Positions 15,353 to 24,397 of a DNA stretch of 64,000 nt are shown here, in pieces (position 1 is the first letter of the stretch; each line of letters begins with the position of its first letter). The DNA is from Candidatus Eiseniibacteriota bacterium. Lineage in GTDB: Bacteria > Eisenbacteria > RBG-16-71-46 > SZUA-252. The notes beneath the pieces are model-generated. The model ran no database searches, was not told the DNA's origin, and saw only the letters and a list, made by a program, of their open reading frames with translations. A program made the translations under genes and the position numbers. The stretch covers positions 384,001 through 448,000 of the forward strand of contig OY969801.1 of assembly GCA_963703225.1 (NCBI GenBank), in the 5' to 3' direction.

Positions 15353-16922
15353 GGCGATGTCTCCTCCACGGCCGCCGAGGAGGGGATGGTGAGCCAGGCC
15401 CGGGTTCCGACGCCTGGACTCGACTCGATCCCGAATCGCCCTCCATGCTGCTCCACAATCCGCTGGACGAGCGTGAGGCCGAGGCCGCTTCCGGTCGATT
15501 TGGTGGTGAACCCAGGGTGGGTCGCCCGCTCGAGCGTCGCCGCGTCCATGCCCGGCCCTGTGTCCTCGACTTCCAGCGTGACGCCCTCGCCGTCCTCGGG
15601 TGCGGCGCGACGAACCCGGAGCGTGACCGTGCCCCGATCGCCCATCACCTCGACCGCGTTCTTGATCAGATTCACGAGCACACGCTGGATTTGACCCGCA
15701 TCGGCCCAGGCTAAGGGAACGGGACGCTCCACCTCAACGCGGAATTCGATCGAGGAGGTGCCGCCGTAGAGCTTGGCGGCGTCCGAGGCAAGCTCGGCGA
15801 GGTCGCAGGGCGGCGAATCGCGGCTCCGGGAGCTGCGCCACCGCCGAGAACGCCGTGGCAAACTCCTGGAGCGAGTGAACCTCGCGCAGGATCGCCTCCG
15901 CGTTCTCCGCCACCACCTCCGCGCGCGGCGCTTCCGGGCGTCGCGCCTCATCCTTGAGACGCTGCAGCGCGAACTGAATCGGCGTGAGCGGATTGCGAAT
16001 TTCGTGCGCCACGGCGCGCGCCACCTCGCGCCACGCCGCGAGGCGCTCCGCGCGCAAGAGCGCTCGACGGGATCCCTGGAGCTCCTCGACCATTCGGTTG
16101 AACGAGGTCGGCGAGAAAGCGCACTTCGCTCGTTCCCGACGGCTTCACGCGATGCGCGAGGTCTCCCAAGGACGCCCGCGTCATGCCGGCACGGAGCGCC
16201 ACGATCGGCTTTGCGATCCCTCTCGCGACGAGGTAGGCAAGGCCGAAGCTGACCGCGCCCAGAATCAGGCTCCAGAGCGCCGCGAAAATCCAGAGGCTCC
16301 GCTGCGAGAGCCACGTGTAGACGCCGAGCCGCCGATACATCGAGAGATTCTTCTGGAGGGCCACGATCTCCGACGATATCTCGGGGTCGAGCTGGTAGCC
16401 CGCGAGGATGACTCGATCCCTGTCGAGCGACGCGACCCCGCTCACCTGCCGCGGCGCGTCATCTCCGGAAACGAGGCCGCCGTGCTCCAGAGCGGCGAGA
16501 ATCGAGGCGCGCTCGGGCTGGGGAAGGGTGATGCGCGGACCCAGCCGGGCGCCAAAGATGCGCTCCGCGCCCTCGGCCCCATCGCGAATCCGATAGAGCG
16601 CGATGTAGTCGAGCCCGCGGCTCCGCGCTTCGTCGCGGAGGTGGCGCTCGAGGTTGGCGCTTTGCTCCGGGGCTAGGAGGCGCACGGTGGCCGGGTCGAG
16701 CGCCATGACCTCGGCGTGCTGGCGGGCGTCGCTCGCCAACCGCTCGATGCCGCCCCGGATCACCTCGAGCGACTGGCCGAGCGCGCGCTCGGTCTCCGGG
16801 TTCTTGAGCGCCGCCAGGCTCCGCGCGAGGTACTGCGTGACGTAGAACGTGAGGCCGAGCGAGGGGATGAGCGCGACGAGGAAGAAGAGGGCGAGGAGCC
16901 GCCCCCGGAGGGTGCCGAACAT
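15349..16922 (-). CDS. NtrY-like HAMP sensor histidine kinase (frameshifts near 16110 and 15812)
   Basis: TM+HAMP; AWREVARAVAHEIRNPLTPIQ H-box; NLIKNA, DTGPG, FTTK, GSGLGL boxes across three frames. Confidence 0.88.
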
Positions 16923-16944
16923 CCTGAACCCGCGCCCCGAGGCG

Positions 16945-18093
16945 CTAACGGAGCCCGCCTTCCGCCTCGCCCGCCAGCTGTCCGCAAGCCGCTCCGATCT
17001 CCACGCCCTGGCTGTAGCGCACGGTCACCGCCGTCACGCGCGGCGCCAGGTAATCGACAAAGCGCTGGATGCGCTCGGCGGAGGGCCGGCGGAAGCGCCC
17101 GGGGCCGATCGGATTGTAGGGGATGAGGTTGATCCGGCAGGGGAGTTGCCCCACGAGGCGGACGAGCTTGGCGGCGTCGCGCATCGTGTCGTTGATCTCC
17201 TCGATCAGGATGTACTCGAAGGTGACCCGCTGCCCGACGGTCTCGATGTGGTGGCGGACCGCGCGGATCAGCGGCTCGAGAGGGAAGCGGCGGTTCACCG
17301 GCATGAGCTTTGAGCGAAGCTCGTCGGTCGCGGCGTGAAGCGAGATGGCCAGCCGATATTTCCGTCGCTCGTCGGCCAGCCGGATGATTTGTGGCACCAG
17401 CCCGACGGTGGAAATGGTGATCCGCTTCGACGGAACCCCCATCCCCTTCGCATCGGTGATGAGCGTGAGCGCATGCATCACCGCGTCGTAGTTCTCCAGC
17501 GGCTCTCCCATCCCCATCATCACCACGTTGAAATCTCGCTGCTCCGGGGGAAGCTCTCGGCGGAGGCGCAACACCTGATCCAGGATCTCCCCTGCCGTGA
17601 GGTTTCGGCCCCGACCCATCTTCCCCGTGGCACAGAATCGGCAAGCGAACCCGCACCCGTGCTGCGAGGATAGGCAGAAGGTCACGCGGCGCGTCGTGGA
17701 CATGTAGACCGACTCCACGAGGCCGCCGTCGGGGAGGGCGTACGCCAGCTTTCGGGTTCGGCGGTCGGGGGTCTCCCGCCGGGCCCGCTCGGTCAGCGAG
17801 CCGACGCGGTACTCCTCGTCCAGCCTGGCCCTGAGCGGCTGGGGGAGGTTGGTCATCGCCGAGAACTCGGAAACCCCTCGCGAGTAGACCCACTCCGCGA
17901 TCTGGCGGCCCCTAAATGCCTTCTCTCCCATGGCAATGAGGGTCCGTCCCAGCTCATCCTCCCCCAGTCCAAGCAGGTCTACGCGTGGGTCAGGAGGGCT
18001 CGAACCGCGGCCATTTTGTGGCGTGATAACGGTTTCCGACTTTACAACCATGGCCCCATATGCTACGTTTGATCGGATTGTCGAGTCAACCAT
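16945..18093 (-). CDS. rlmN: 23S rRNA m2A2503/tRNA methyltransferase RlmN (radical SAM); true start possibly later
   Basis: CGFACRFC, MGMGEP, ISLHA, INLIPYN, AACGQL motifs. Confidence 0.95.
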   Translation of the reverse strand: MVDSTIRSNVAYGAMVVKSETVITPQNGRGSSPPDPRVDLLGLGEDELGRTLIAMGEKAFRGRQIAEWVYSRGVSEFSAMTNLPQPLRARLDEEYRVGSLTERARRETPDRRTRKLAYALPDGGLVESVYMSTTRRVTFCLSSQHGCGFACRFCATGKMGRGRNLTAGEILDQVLRLRRELPPEQRDFNVVMMGMGEPLENYDAVMHALTLITDAKGMGVPSKRITISTVGLVPQIIRLADERRKYRLAISLHAATDELRSKLMPVNRRFPLEPLIRAVRHHIETVGQRVTFEYILIEEINDTMRDAAKLVRLVGQLPCRINLIPYNPIGPGRFRRPSAERIQRFVDYLAPRVTAVTVRYSQGVEIGAACGQLAGEAEGGLR

Positions 18094-18138
18094 AGGGGGA
18101 TCTTACGCCGCCATCCGCGTCTTCTCCGGGGGCCGTGC

Positions 18139-19117
18139 CGTTCTAACTTCCTCGGAGTCCACAGTACGGATCGGTGCCGTGGATATCGGCACCAACTCGG
18201 TCCGGCTCCTCGTCGCTGACGTCGACGAGAGGGAGCGCCTCCGCACCGCCCACCGCATGGGGGAGATCTCCCGTCTCGGCGAGGGCCTCGATCGCACCGG
18301 TGTGATCGACAAGGCCGCCGCCGCCCGCACCCTCGAATGTCTGGAGCGATTCGTCCACGAAGCGGAGTACAGCGGCGCGAGCCGGATCCGCGTCGCCGGC
18401 ACGAACGCCTTCCGGGTCGCGACCAATGGCCAGGAGGTGGCGGAGTCCTTCGCGGAGCGGATCGGGTACCCAGTTGAGATCATCTCCGGAGAAGAAGAGG
18501 CTCGCCTCGTCTTTCTGGCGGTATTGAGCGGGCTCGGGACCGCGCGCGGCCCATCGGTCGTGGTCGATATCGGGGGTGGAAGCACCGAGATCATCAGCGG
18601 CGAGGGAGAGACAGGTACCCAGGTCATCAGCCTGGAGCTCGGCTGCGTCCGTCTTACCGAGCGACTGGTTCGGAGCGATCCCCCTGCCGAATCGGAGCTT
18701 GAAGCGGTCCGACGCCATGTCCTCGACGTCTTCGCCGAGAAGCTGCGTTCCTTCGAGCTGAACGGCGTCGAGCGGGCGATCGGGGTGGGAGGCACCGTGA
18801 CCGCATTCGGCGCCCTCGACCTCGGGCTCGTCAAGTACGACCCCTCCCGGATCGAGAACCACCACCTCACGCGCGAGTGTATCTCGAATATCGGCAAACA
18901 ATTATGTTCGATCCCCCTATCCCAGAGGCGGGATCTCGCCGGCGTAAGCCGGGGCCGCGCCGACATCATCCCGGCCGGAGCGATCATCCTCTGCGAATTC
19001 GTGGACCGGTTTGCTGTGAACGGCGTCTACGTGTCGACGAGGGGGCTTCGCTACGGGCTGGTGCTCAGCGAGGCCAGAAAGGCGACCCGCCCGGCCGGGC
19101 AGGCCGCCCGCGCATAG
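18139..19117 (+). CDS. ppx: Ppx/GppA family phosphatase (start uncertain)
   Basis: DIGTNSVRL, SGEEEARL, DIGGGSTE, GVGGT, GLRYG motifs. Confidence 0.9.
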
Positions 19118-19147
19118 CACTCCCGGCACCCGCCGGCGACAATTGCC

Positions 19148-19176
19148 TTGACGCATCCGCAGAGCGAAGCTATCCT
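19148..19176 (+). promoter_or_regulatory. Sigma70-type promoter
   Basis: TTGACG-N17-TATCCT. Confidence 0.7.
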
Positions 19177-19187
19177 AGCTAGTTAGA

Positions 19188-19328
19188 GGCAGTGTTCGTC
19201 AACGGGCGCCTGCTCCCGCTCGGGAGCATCCCTCTCGGACCGCGGTATCGCAGCCGCGGCGACGACGCCTACTGACGAACTGCCGGCAACCACCAAGCGA
19301 AGCGACTGGAGCGCCGGGTGTCGCTTCG
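19188..19328 (+). promoter_or_regulatory. Structured 5' leader (candidate cis-regulatory RNA)
   Basis: Closing stem 19188-19201/19273-19284, internal hairpins 19211-19228 and 19240-19259, 9-bp hairpin 19298-19306/19320-19328 abutting the RBS. Confidence 0.5.
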
Positions 19329-19344
19329 TGTAAGGAGCAAGGGA

Positions 19345-19647
19345 ATGAGGGTCCAGGTTCCACGCCGCATCATTGGTTTGGGCATCCTCGTCGCCTTCCT
19401 CTGTCTGACTCCGGCTCTTTCCTCGCCAGTTTTTGCCAGGCCCTATCACTGGGAAGACAGAGACTCGCCAGATCCGCCCCTCCCAAAGGGTGACGGTGAT
19501 GGAACGGTCGTGAAGGCTGCGGGCAACTCAAGTGCCCCGGCTCTCAGCACGACGGCGCCGAATGGCACGCGGACGTCGGTCACGAGCATGGTGAAGAGCG
19601 CTCTCCTCATGGTGCGTCTGGGCTACGGCTTGCGCTGGTACCTGTAG
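19345..19647 (+). CDS. Small secreted protein / candidate signalling pro-peptide (100 aa)
   Basis: TAAGGAG RBS; Sec signal (RRIIGLGILVAFLCLTPALSSPVFA); core HWEDRDSPDPPLPKGDGDG; hydrophobic C-terminal helix. Confidence 0.7.
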   Translation: MRVQVPRRIIGLGILVAFLCLTPALSSPVFARPYHWEDRDSPDPPLPKGDGDGTVVKAAGNSSAPALSTTAPNGTRTSVTSMVKSALLMVRLGYGLRWYL

Positions 19648-19727
19648 CAGGTACGCAGCGCCCGTAATACGCGACACGGTCCCGGACCGTGCCGCGCGCC
19701 GTGGTATCGCAGTCGTTGAGGGCCGGT

Positions 19728-22700
19728 ATGGACGGACTTGTCCCGAAAGATCGATCGGACATTCCGCACCGAACCGTTGGGGCTCCCGGTCCCCGTGCAT
19801 CATTTGACGCGGGCGCGTACGGCGAGCACAAGGCTCAGGAGCTCGGGGATCTCTATTTCGCGGCGGACAACTACGTCGTCGCGTTGGAGTACTACCGCCG
19901 CGCTCTAGACGCGGGTCCGAGGGCCGATACCCCCGAGAACCGGGAGGACCTTCTCCGGATCGGGACCCAGATCGTCGAGTGCCTCAGGCATCGCGGCGAT
20001 CTCGCCGACGCGGTCGACTCGCTCCACGATCTCCATCGGCGCCTCCGTCCGCACGTAACTCGCGAGCAGGCGGGGCGTCTTTCGGCCAGCCTCGCGCTTC
20101 TGCTCTTCGAGCGGGGCCGCTACCGGCCCGCGCAGCGGGCGGCCACCCTCGCCTACCGGCTCCTCCGCGACACCACGCTCAACCTCGACATCGGTCGCAC
20201 CGAGATGATCTTCGGGGTCATCGCGCTCCGAACGGGTGACTGGAACGCGGCCCGCGAGTACTTCGAGAGCGCCATCGCGACCTACCGGCGCGCGGGCTAC
20301 GACGCCGGGATGGCAACGGCCTACAACAGCCTCGGCCTCCTCCACAAGAATCACTGCCGCTTCAAGGAGGCGGCCCGGTTCCTGGAGCAGGCCCTTCGGA
20401 TCGGCGAGCGCTCCGGTCTCTTTCACGATTCGGCCACCTACGTCCACAACCTCGGCATCGTCCACGAGAAGATGGGCGATTGGGATGTCGCGGAGGATCA
20501 CTACCGGCGCGGCCTTCAGATGAATACCGAGGTCGGAAATCCCGTCGGGAAGGCGAGGGCGCTCTTCTGCCTCGGAAACCTCCGCCGCAAGCGCCGCGAT
20601 TTCTCGACGGCCGAGAACCTACTTCGCCAGGCCCTCGCGCTCTCTGTGGAGCGCGGCTTCCCGCGGGAGACGGTCCTTTCCCGCGAGGGGTTGGGCGACC
20701 TCTACGCCGACCGCGACATGCTCCAAGAGGCCCGCGCCGAGTACGAAACGGGGCTGGCCATGACCGATCAGTTTGCCCCCGACTCAGACCTGACGGTCGA
20801 GCTGGTCCGGCGGCTCGGGGACGCGCAGCTTCGAATGGGCGAGATCGAGCCGGCGAGAAGGAGCGGCGAGCGAGCGCTCGCGGTCGCGCGGCGACTGGGC
20901 GATCGGATCGAAGAAGCTTGCTCGCTCCGTCTTCTGGGTCTCGCGGCCGCGGAGGCAGGGGAGTTTCCCGCGGCGCAAGAGCGTCTCGGGGAGGCGAGCC
21001 GGATTCTCCTCGCGATCGGCAAGCGCTATGAGCTGGCGCGTCTCAACATGGGCGCCGGGCTCGCCTGGCGCCGCCGGGCGCGAAAGGGGAAGTCGCGTGC
21101 CATCCTGGACGAGTCGGTTGGCTACCTGCGCCGCGCGGTGGCGGCGTACGAGAGCCTCGCGCTCCCCGCGCTGACCGCGCGCGCCCTCCTCGAGCTTTCG
21201 AGGAGCGAGCTCATGCGGGGCCTGGTCGACGAGGCCGTGCTCCACCTCGACCACGCCACGTCCATCCTCTCCCCCGAGGACGATCCTGCCCTCGCGCGCG
21301 AGATCGAGGAGTTCCGGACCGAGATCGAGAAAGGGCTGATCGAGGGGACCTCCGCCCAGAGCAACGAGTTTGCAGCGTTCGAGGAAGTCCGCAGCGTGCT
21401 GCGGGGCGGCGACGCCGAGTTGGCCGTGCAGGAGGTGTTGTCGGTGACCGCGCGCAGGGTATCGGCGGCGCGGGGCTGCGTGGCGGCACCGGCGGTCCAC
21501 GGCGGGATCGAGGTTGTCGCCTCGGTCGGCATGTCCTTCCGCGTGGCGCAGGACCTTCTGAGCGAGATGGAGCGCCGCATCGGCTCGGCCCGCCTGGCAT
21601 CGGCGCCGGTCGTGAGCAGCCGCGCGGGAGCCGACGGGCGATTCCGCGACATGCCGGGGATGACCCATTTGAGCCCTAGGACCAGCATCGCCATCATGCC
21701 GCTCTCGCTGCCCTCCGGACTTCCCGGGTACCTCTACCTCGATCGTCCCGAGGAGGGGCCGCTGGGCCCGTTCAAACAGCGGGAGATCAACTTGATCGCG
21801 GTGCTCGCGAATCACGTCGCGGTGGCCATCCTCGAGCTGCAAAGGCAGCGCCTGGCGCGCGAGAACACGGCGCTTCGGGGCCGTCTCCTTGGCTCCGCCA
21901 ACGATCATGGCATCGTGACGAGAAGCCCGGAGCTGCTCGAGATCCTCTCGCTCCTGGAGCGGGTCGGGCCGAGCGACGCCACCATCCTGATCGAGGGCGA
22001 GACGGGGAGCGGCAAGGGGCTCCTCGCGCGCGCGATCCACGCCTCCAGCGCCCGCGCCACCAAGCCGCTGATTCAGGTCAACTGCGCCGCGCTGCCCGAG
22101 CAGCTCCTCGAGAGCGAGCTTTTTGGGCACGTGCAGGGCGCCTTTACCGGAGCGGTGCGCGAGAAGGTCGGTCTTTTCGTGGAGGCCAGCGGCGGCACGC
22201 TCTTCCTGGACGAGGTCGACAAGACCACGATCACGATCCAAGGAAAGCTTCTCCAAGTCCTCGACAACCGCGAGGTGCGGCCGGTCGGAGGGAACAAATC
22301 GACCAAGGTGGACGTCCGCGTGGTCTGCGCGACGAACGTCAATCTCAAGGCAAAGATCGCGCGCGGCGAGTTCCTCGAGGATCTCTACTACCGGCTCAAC
22401 GACATCTGCTTCCGGGTCCCGCCGCTTCGGGAGCGGCCGGAAGATGTGCCGCCCCTCGTCGAGCACTACAGCCGCCGGTTCGCGGCCGAGATGGGCAAGG
22501 AAATCCGGGGCGTGGATCAGGACCTGATCGCGGTCCTCGCCGGGCTCCATTGGCGGGGCAACGTTCGCGAGCTGGAAAAGGTCGTGAAGCGCCTTGTGGT
22601 CATGGCGAATGACGGCGATACGCTTTCGATGGAGCTTCTGCCGCGCGACCTCCTCAAGCCAGAGAACGAAAACGGCGACTCCCCGTCCACGTTGAGGGCC

Positions 22701-22865
22701 GAGGTTGCCAAGGTGGAGCGGCGGCTCATCTCACAGGCGCTGGAGCGCCACAACTGGAACAAGCTCCAGGCCGCCAAGGAGCTCTCGCTCTCCTACCCGA
22801 CCCTCCTTCAGAAGATCAAGCTCTTCCGCCTCGACCGAAGGCTTCAACCCCGGCAAAAGGCTTAA
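19728..22865 (+). CDS. Sigma54 enhancer-binding protein with N-terminal TPR array, GAF, AAA+ and Fis HTH
   Basis: TPR repeats (AYNSLGLL, YVHNLGIVH, LFCLGNL), GAF-like region, GETGSGKG, VNCAALPEQLLESELFG, GAFTGA, FLDEV, WRGNVREL, HTH; no receiver domain. Confidence 0.92.
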   Translation: MDGLVPKDRSDIPHRTVGAPGPRASFDAGAYGEHKAQELGDLYFAADNYVVALEYYRRALDAGPRADTPENREDLLRIGTQIVECLRHRGDLADAVDSLHDLHRRLRPHVTREQAGRLSASLALLLFERGRYRPAQRAATLAYRLLRDTTLNLDIGRTEMIFGVIALRTGDWNAAREYFESAIATYRRAGYDAGMATAYNSLGLLHKNHCRFKEAARFLEQALRIGERSGLFHDSATYVHNLGIVHEKMGDWDVAEDHYRRGLQMNTEVGNPVGKARALFCLGNLRRKRRDFSTAENLLRQALALSVERGFPRETVLSREGLGDLYADRDMLQEARAEYETGLAMTDQFAPDSDLTVELVRRLGDAQLRMGEIEPARRSGERALAVARRLGDRIEEACSLRLLGLAAAEAGEFPAAQERLGEASRILLAIGKRYELARLNMGAGLAWRRRARKGKSRAILDESVGYLRRAVAAYESLALPALTARALLELSRSELMRGLVDEAVLHLDHATSILSPEDDPALAREIEEFRTEIEKGLIEGTSAQSNEFAAFEEVRSVLRGGDAELAVQEVLSVTARRVSAARGCVAAPAVHGGIEVVASVGMSFRVAQDLLSEMERRIGSARLASAPVVSSRAGADGRFRDMPGMTHLSPRTSIAIMPLSLPSGLPGYLYLDRPEEGPLGPFKQREINLIAVLANHVAVAILELQRQRLARENTALRGRLLGSANDHGIVTRSPELLEILSLLERVGPSDATILIEGETGSGKGLLARAIHASSARATKPLIQVNCAALPEQLLESELFGHVQGAFTGAVREKVGLFVEASGGTLFLDEVDKTTITIQGKLLQVLDNREVRPVGGNKSTKVDVRVVCATNVNLKAKIARGEFLEDLYYRLNDICFRVPPLRERPEDVPPLVEHYSRRFAAEMGKEIRGVDQDLIAVLAGLHWRGNVRELEKVVKRLVVMANDGDTLSMELLPRDLLKPENENGDSPSTLRAEVAKVERRLISQALERHNWNKLQAAKELSLSYPTLLQKIKLFRLDRRLQPRQKA

Positions 22866-23012
22866 AAGTAGCTATTAAGTTTGTTAATAGTCGTAAGTGG
22901 TTGGGGTTTGGCCGCTTATCCACCCTCTTCAATTTCGTTATCAATTATCAATCCAAAATCACGCAGCTTCGCCCCTCCCGCATCACGCCAAGCCGCCTTC
23001 GGATCGACCTTG

Positions 23013-23025
23013 TAAGATGCTGATT
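23013..23025 (-). promoter_or_regulatory. IHF consensus site
   Basis: Reverse strand AATCAGCATCTTA fits WATCARNNNNTTR, about 50 bp upstream of a sigma54 promoter. Confidence 0.55.
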
Positions 23026-23076
23026 TTAATGAGTGTTACAACCTCATTACGATCAATATTGAGGCGGCCCGAAACG

Positions 23077-23092
23077 TGGCATGCGAGATGCA
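23077..23092 (+). promoter_or_regulatory. Sigma54 -24/-12 promoter (P1)
   Basis: TGGCATGCGAGATGCA, GG-N10-GC. Confidence 0.6.
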
Positions 23093-23103
23093 ATGAACAA
23101 GTC

Positions 23104-23239
23104 AGCGGAGGGGGGGACCTCCAAAGAGCCCGCAGGCCTCGCCAGCGTTAGGCCATGGGTTAGCCGCCAATTCGAGCACCGGCCTCGGAAAACGCGGTGT
23201 AACCTGAAGAGAGCTGGCAAGGCCGGGGCTCAATTTTTT
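23104..23239 (+). ncRNA. Candidate sigma54-dependent small RNA
   Basis: 5' GGAGG-GGGGA-CCTCC hairpin; long stem GAGCCC..GGCC..GCCAGC / GCTGGC..GGCC.GGGCTC; ends in TTTTTT. Confidence 0.45.
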
Positions 23240-23284
23240 GCCTCGTTCGTTCCTTCCGTAGATCCCTCGATTTCTCGGTCCACC

Positions 23285-23332
23285 ACCCGCCTCTCGTTCT
23301 CGCTCATACGACCCGCCTCTTGTTCTCGCTCA
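23285..23332. repeat. 22-bp direct repeat, period 26
   Basis: ACCCGCCTCTYGTTCTCGCTCA at 23285 and 23311 (1 mismatch). Confidence 0.8.
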
Positions 23333-23532
23333 CTCCACCCGGCTTTTCCGGATGACTCGCCGCTCTCCCTCGGAGCGCGCTCGCGCCTCCACCGCCAGCC
23401 CCACCGCTGTAGCGCGCCAGTCACAGTGTCCCAGATACGACGCCAAATCCCCACTCCAGGGCCATCGACACCCACTGCAATAAGCAACTGCCCTGCAATA
23501 AGTTACAAGCCAAGAGATAGCCGGCCAATCCG

Positions 23533-23548
23533 TGGCATGACGCTTGCG
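23533..23548 (+). promoter_or_regulatory. Sigma54 -24/-12 promoter (P2)
   Basis: TGGCATGACGCTTGCG, near-consensus TGGCAC-N5-TTGC; CTGCAATAAG direct repeat at 23475 and 23493 upstream. Confidence 0.75.
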
Positions 23549-23629
23549 GTTCGAGTCTGTGGCGGCTGGGGAATCGCCTGCCGCGACAGACAAGATCGGA
23601 AGCGGACAAACCGGAAGGAGGTGGGCTAC

Positions 23630-24397
23630 GTGATCCGGATGTGGGGTAGAGTGCTCGCCGTCGCGGGCCTGCTCGGGGCCGCGGGATGCCATGACAACAA
23701 CACGATCGTCGCGCCTGATCCGCCGCCATTCACGGTGGAGGGCGTCCGGAGCGTCACGGGTGACGGGCTGGTCACCGTTTCCTGGCGCGGCAATCAGGAG
23801 ACCGACATTGACTACTACAAGGTCTATCGCAATTTCGCGCCGACCGGCACGTTCACGCTGATCGGGACGACAGCCGATATTCGCTACGAGGACCGGAACG
23901 TGGCCAACGGGACCACCTATTTCTACGCGGTGGCCGCGGTCGATCGGGCAGGCCAGGAGAGCCCGGACCTGAGCTATGAGAACGTATTCGACACACCTCG
24001 TCCCGAGGGCGTCGACGTCACGCTCTCGAACGCCGACGTCAATGACGTCGTCAGCGGATGGGATTTCTCAGCCTACACTCGCCGAGCCTCGGCCGACCCC
24101 AACACGGACATCTTCTATGCCGCGTCGGGCGGGCACTTCCTCGTCTACACGCCGGTCGACACGCGCATCCAGGACGCCGGATTCGTCGCCCTCCGGGACG
24201 TCGACTACGCTCCACCCTCCGGTTGGTCCGCCGACGGCGTGGTGGAGGCGATTCCGGGACACAGCTACATCGTGCTGACGCGAGACAATCACTACGCCAA
24301 ATTCGAGGTGGTCGCTCGAGACGACGCCGGCATGAACATGGACTGGGCCTATCAGATCGACGTCGACAATCCCGAGCTCGCGAGGCCGCTCCCATGA
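23630..24397 (+). CDS. Lipoprotein with fibronectin type III domain
   Basis: AAGGAGGT RBS; lipobox LLGAAGC; VTVSW..YKVYR..YFYAVAAVDRAGQES FN3 signature. Confidence 0.8.
   Translation: MIRMWGRVLAVAGLLGAAGCHDNNTIVAPDPPPFTVEGVRSVTGDGLVTVSWRGNQETDIDYYKVYRNFAPTGTFTLIGTTADIRYEDRNVANGTTYFYAVAAVDRAGQESPDLSYENVFDTPRPEGVDVTLSNADVNDVVSGWDFSAYTRRASADPNTDIFYAASGGHFLVYTPVDTRIQDAGFVALRDVDYAPPSGWSADGVVEAIPGHSYIVLTRDNHYAKFEVVARDDAGMNMDWAYQIDVDNPELARPLP

Noticed and set aside
23285..23360. Possible mini-CRISPR array
   Set aside because: Only two 22-bp copies with a 4-bp spacer, and no cas genes.
23081..23629. 183-codon N-terminal extension of ORF 23081-24397
   Set aside because: Non-protein-like sequence overlapping promoters and a hairpin/T-run. 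A strong RBS and lipoprotein signal place the start at 23630.
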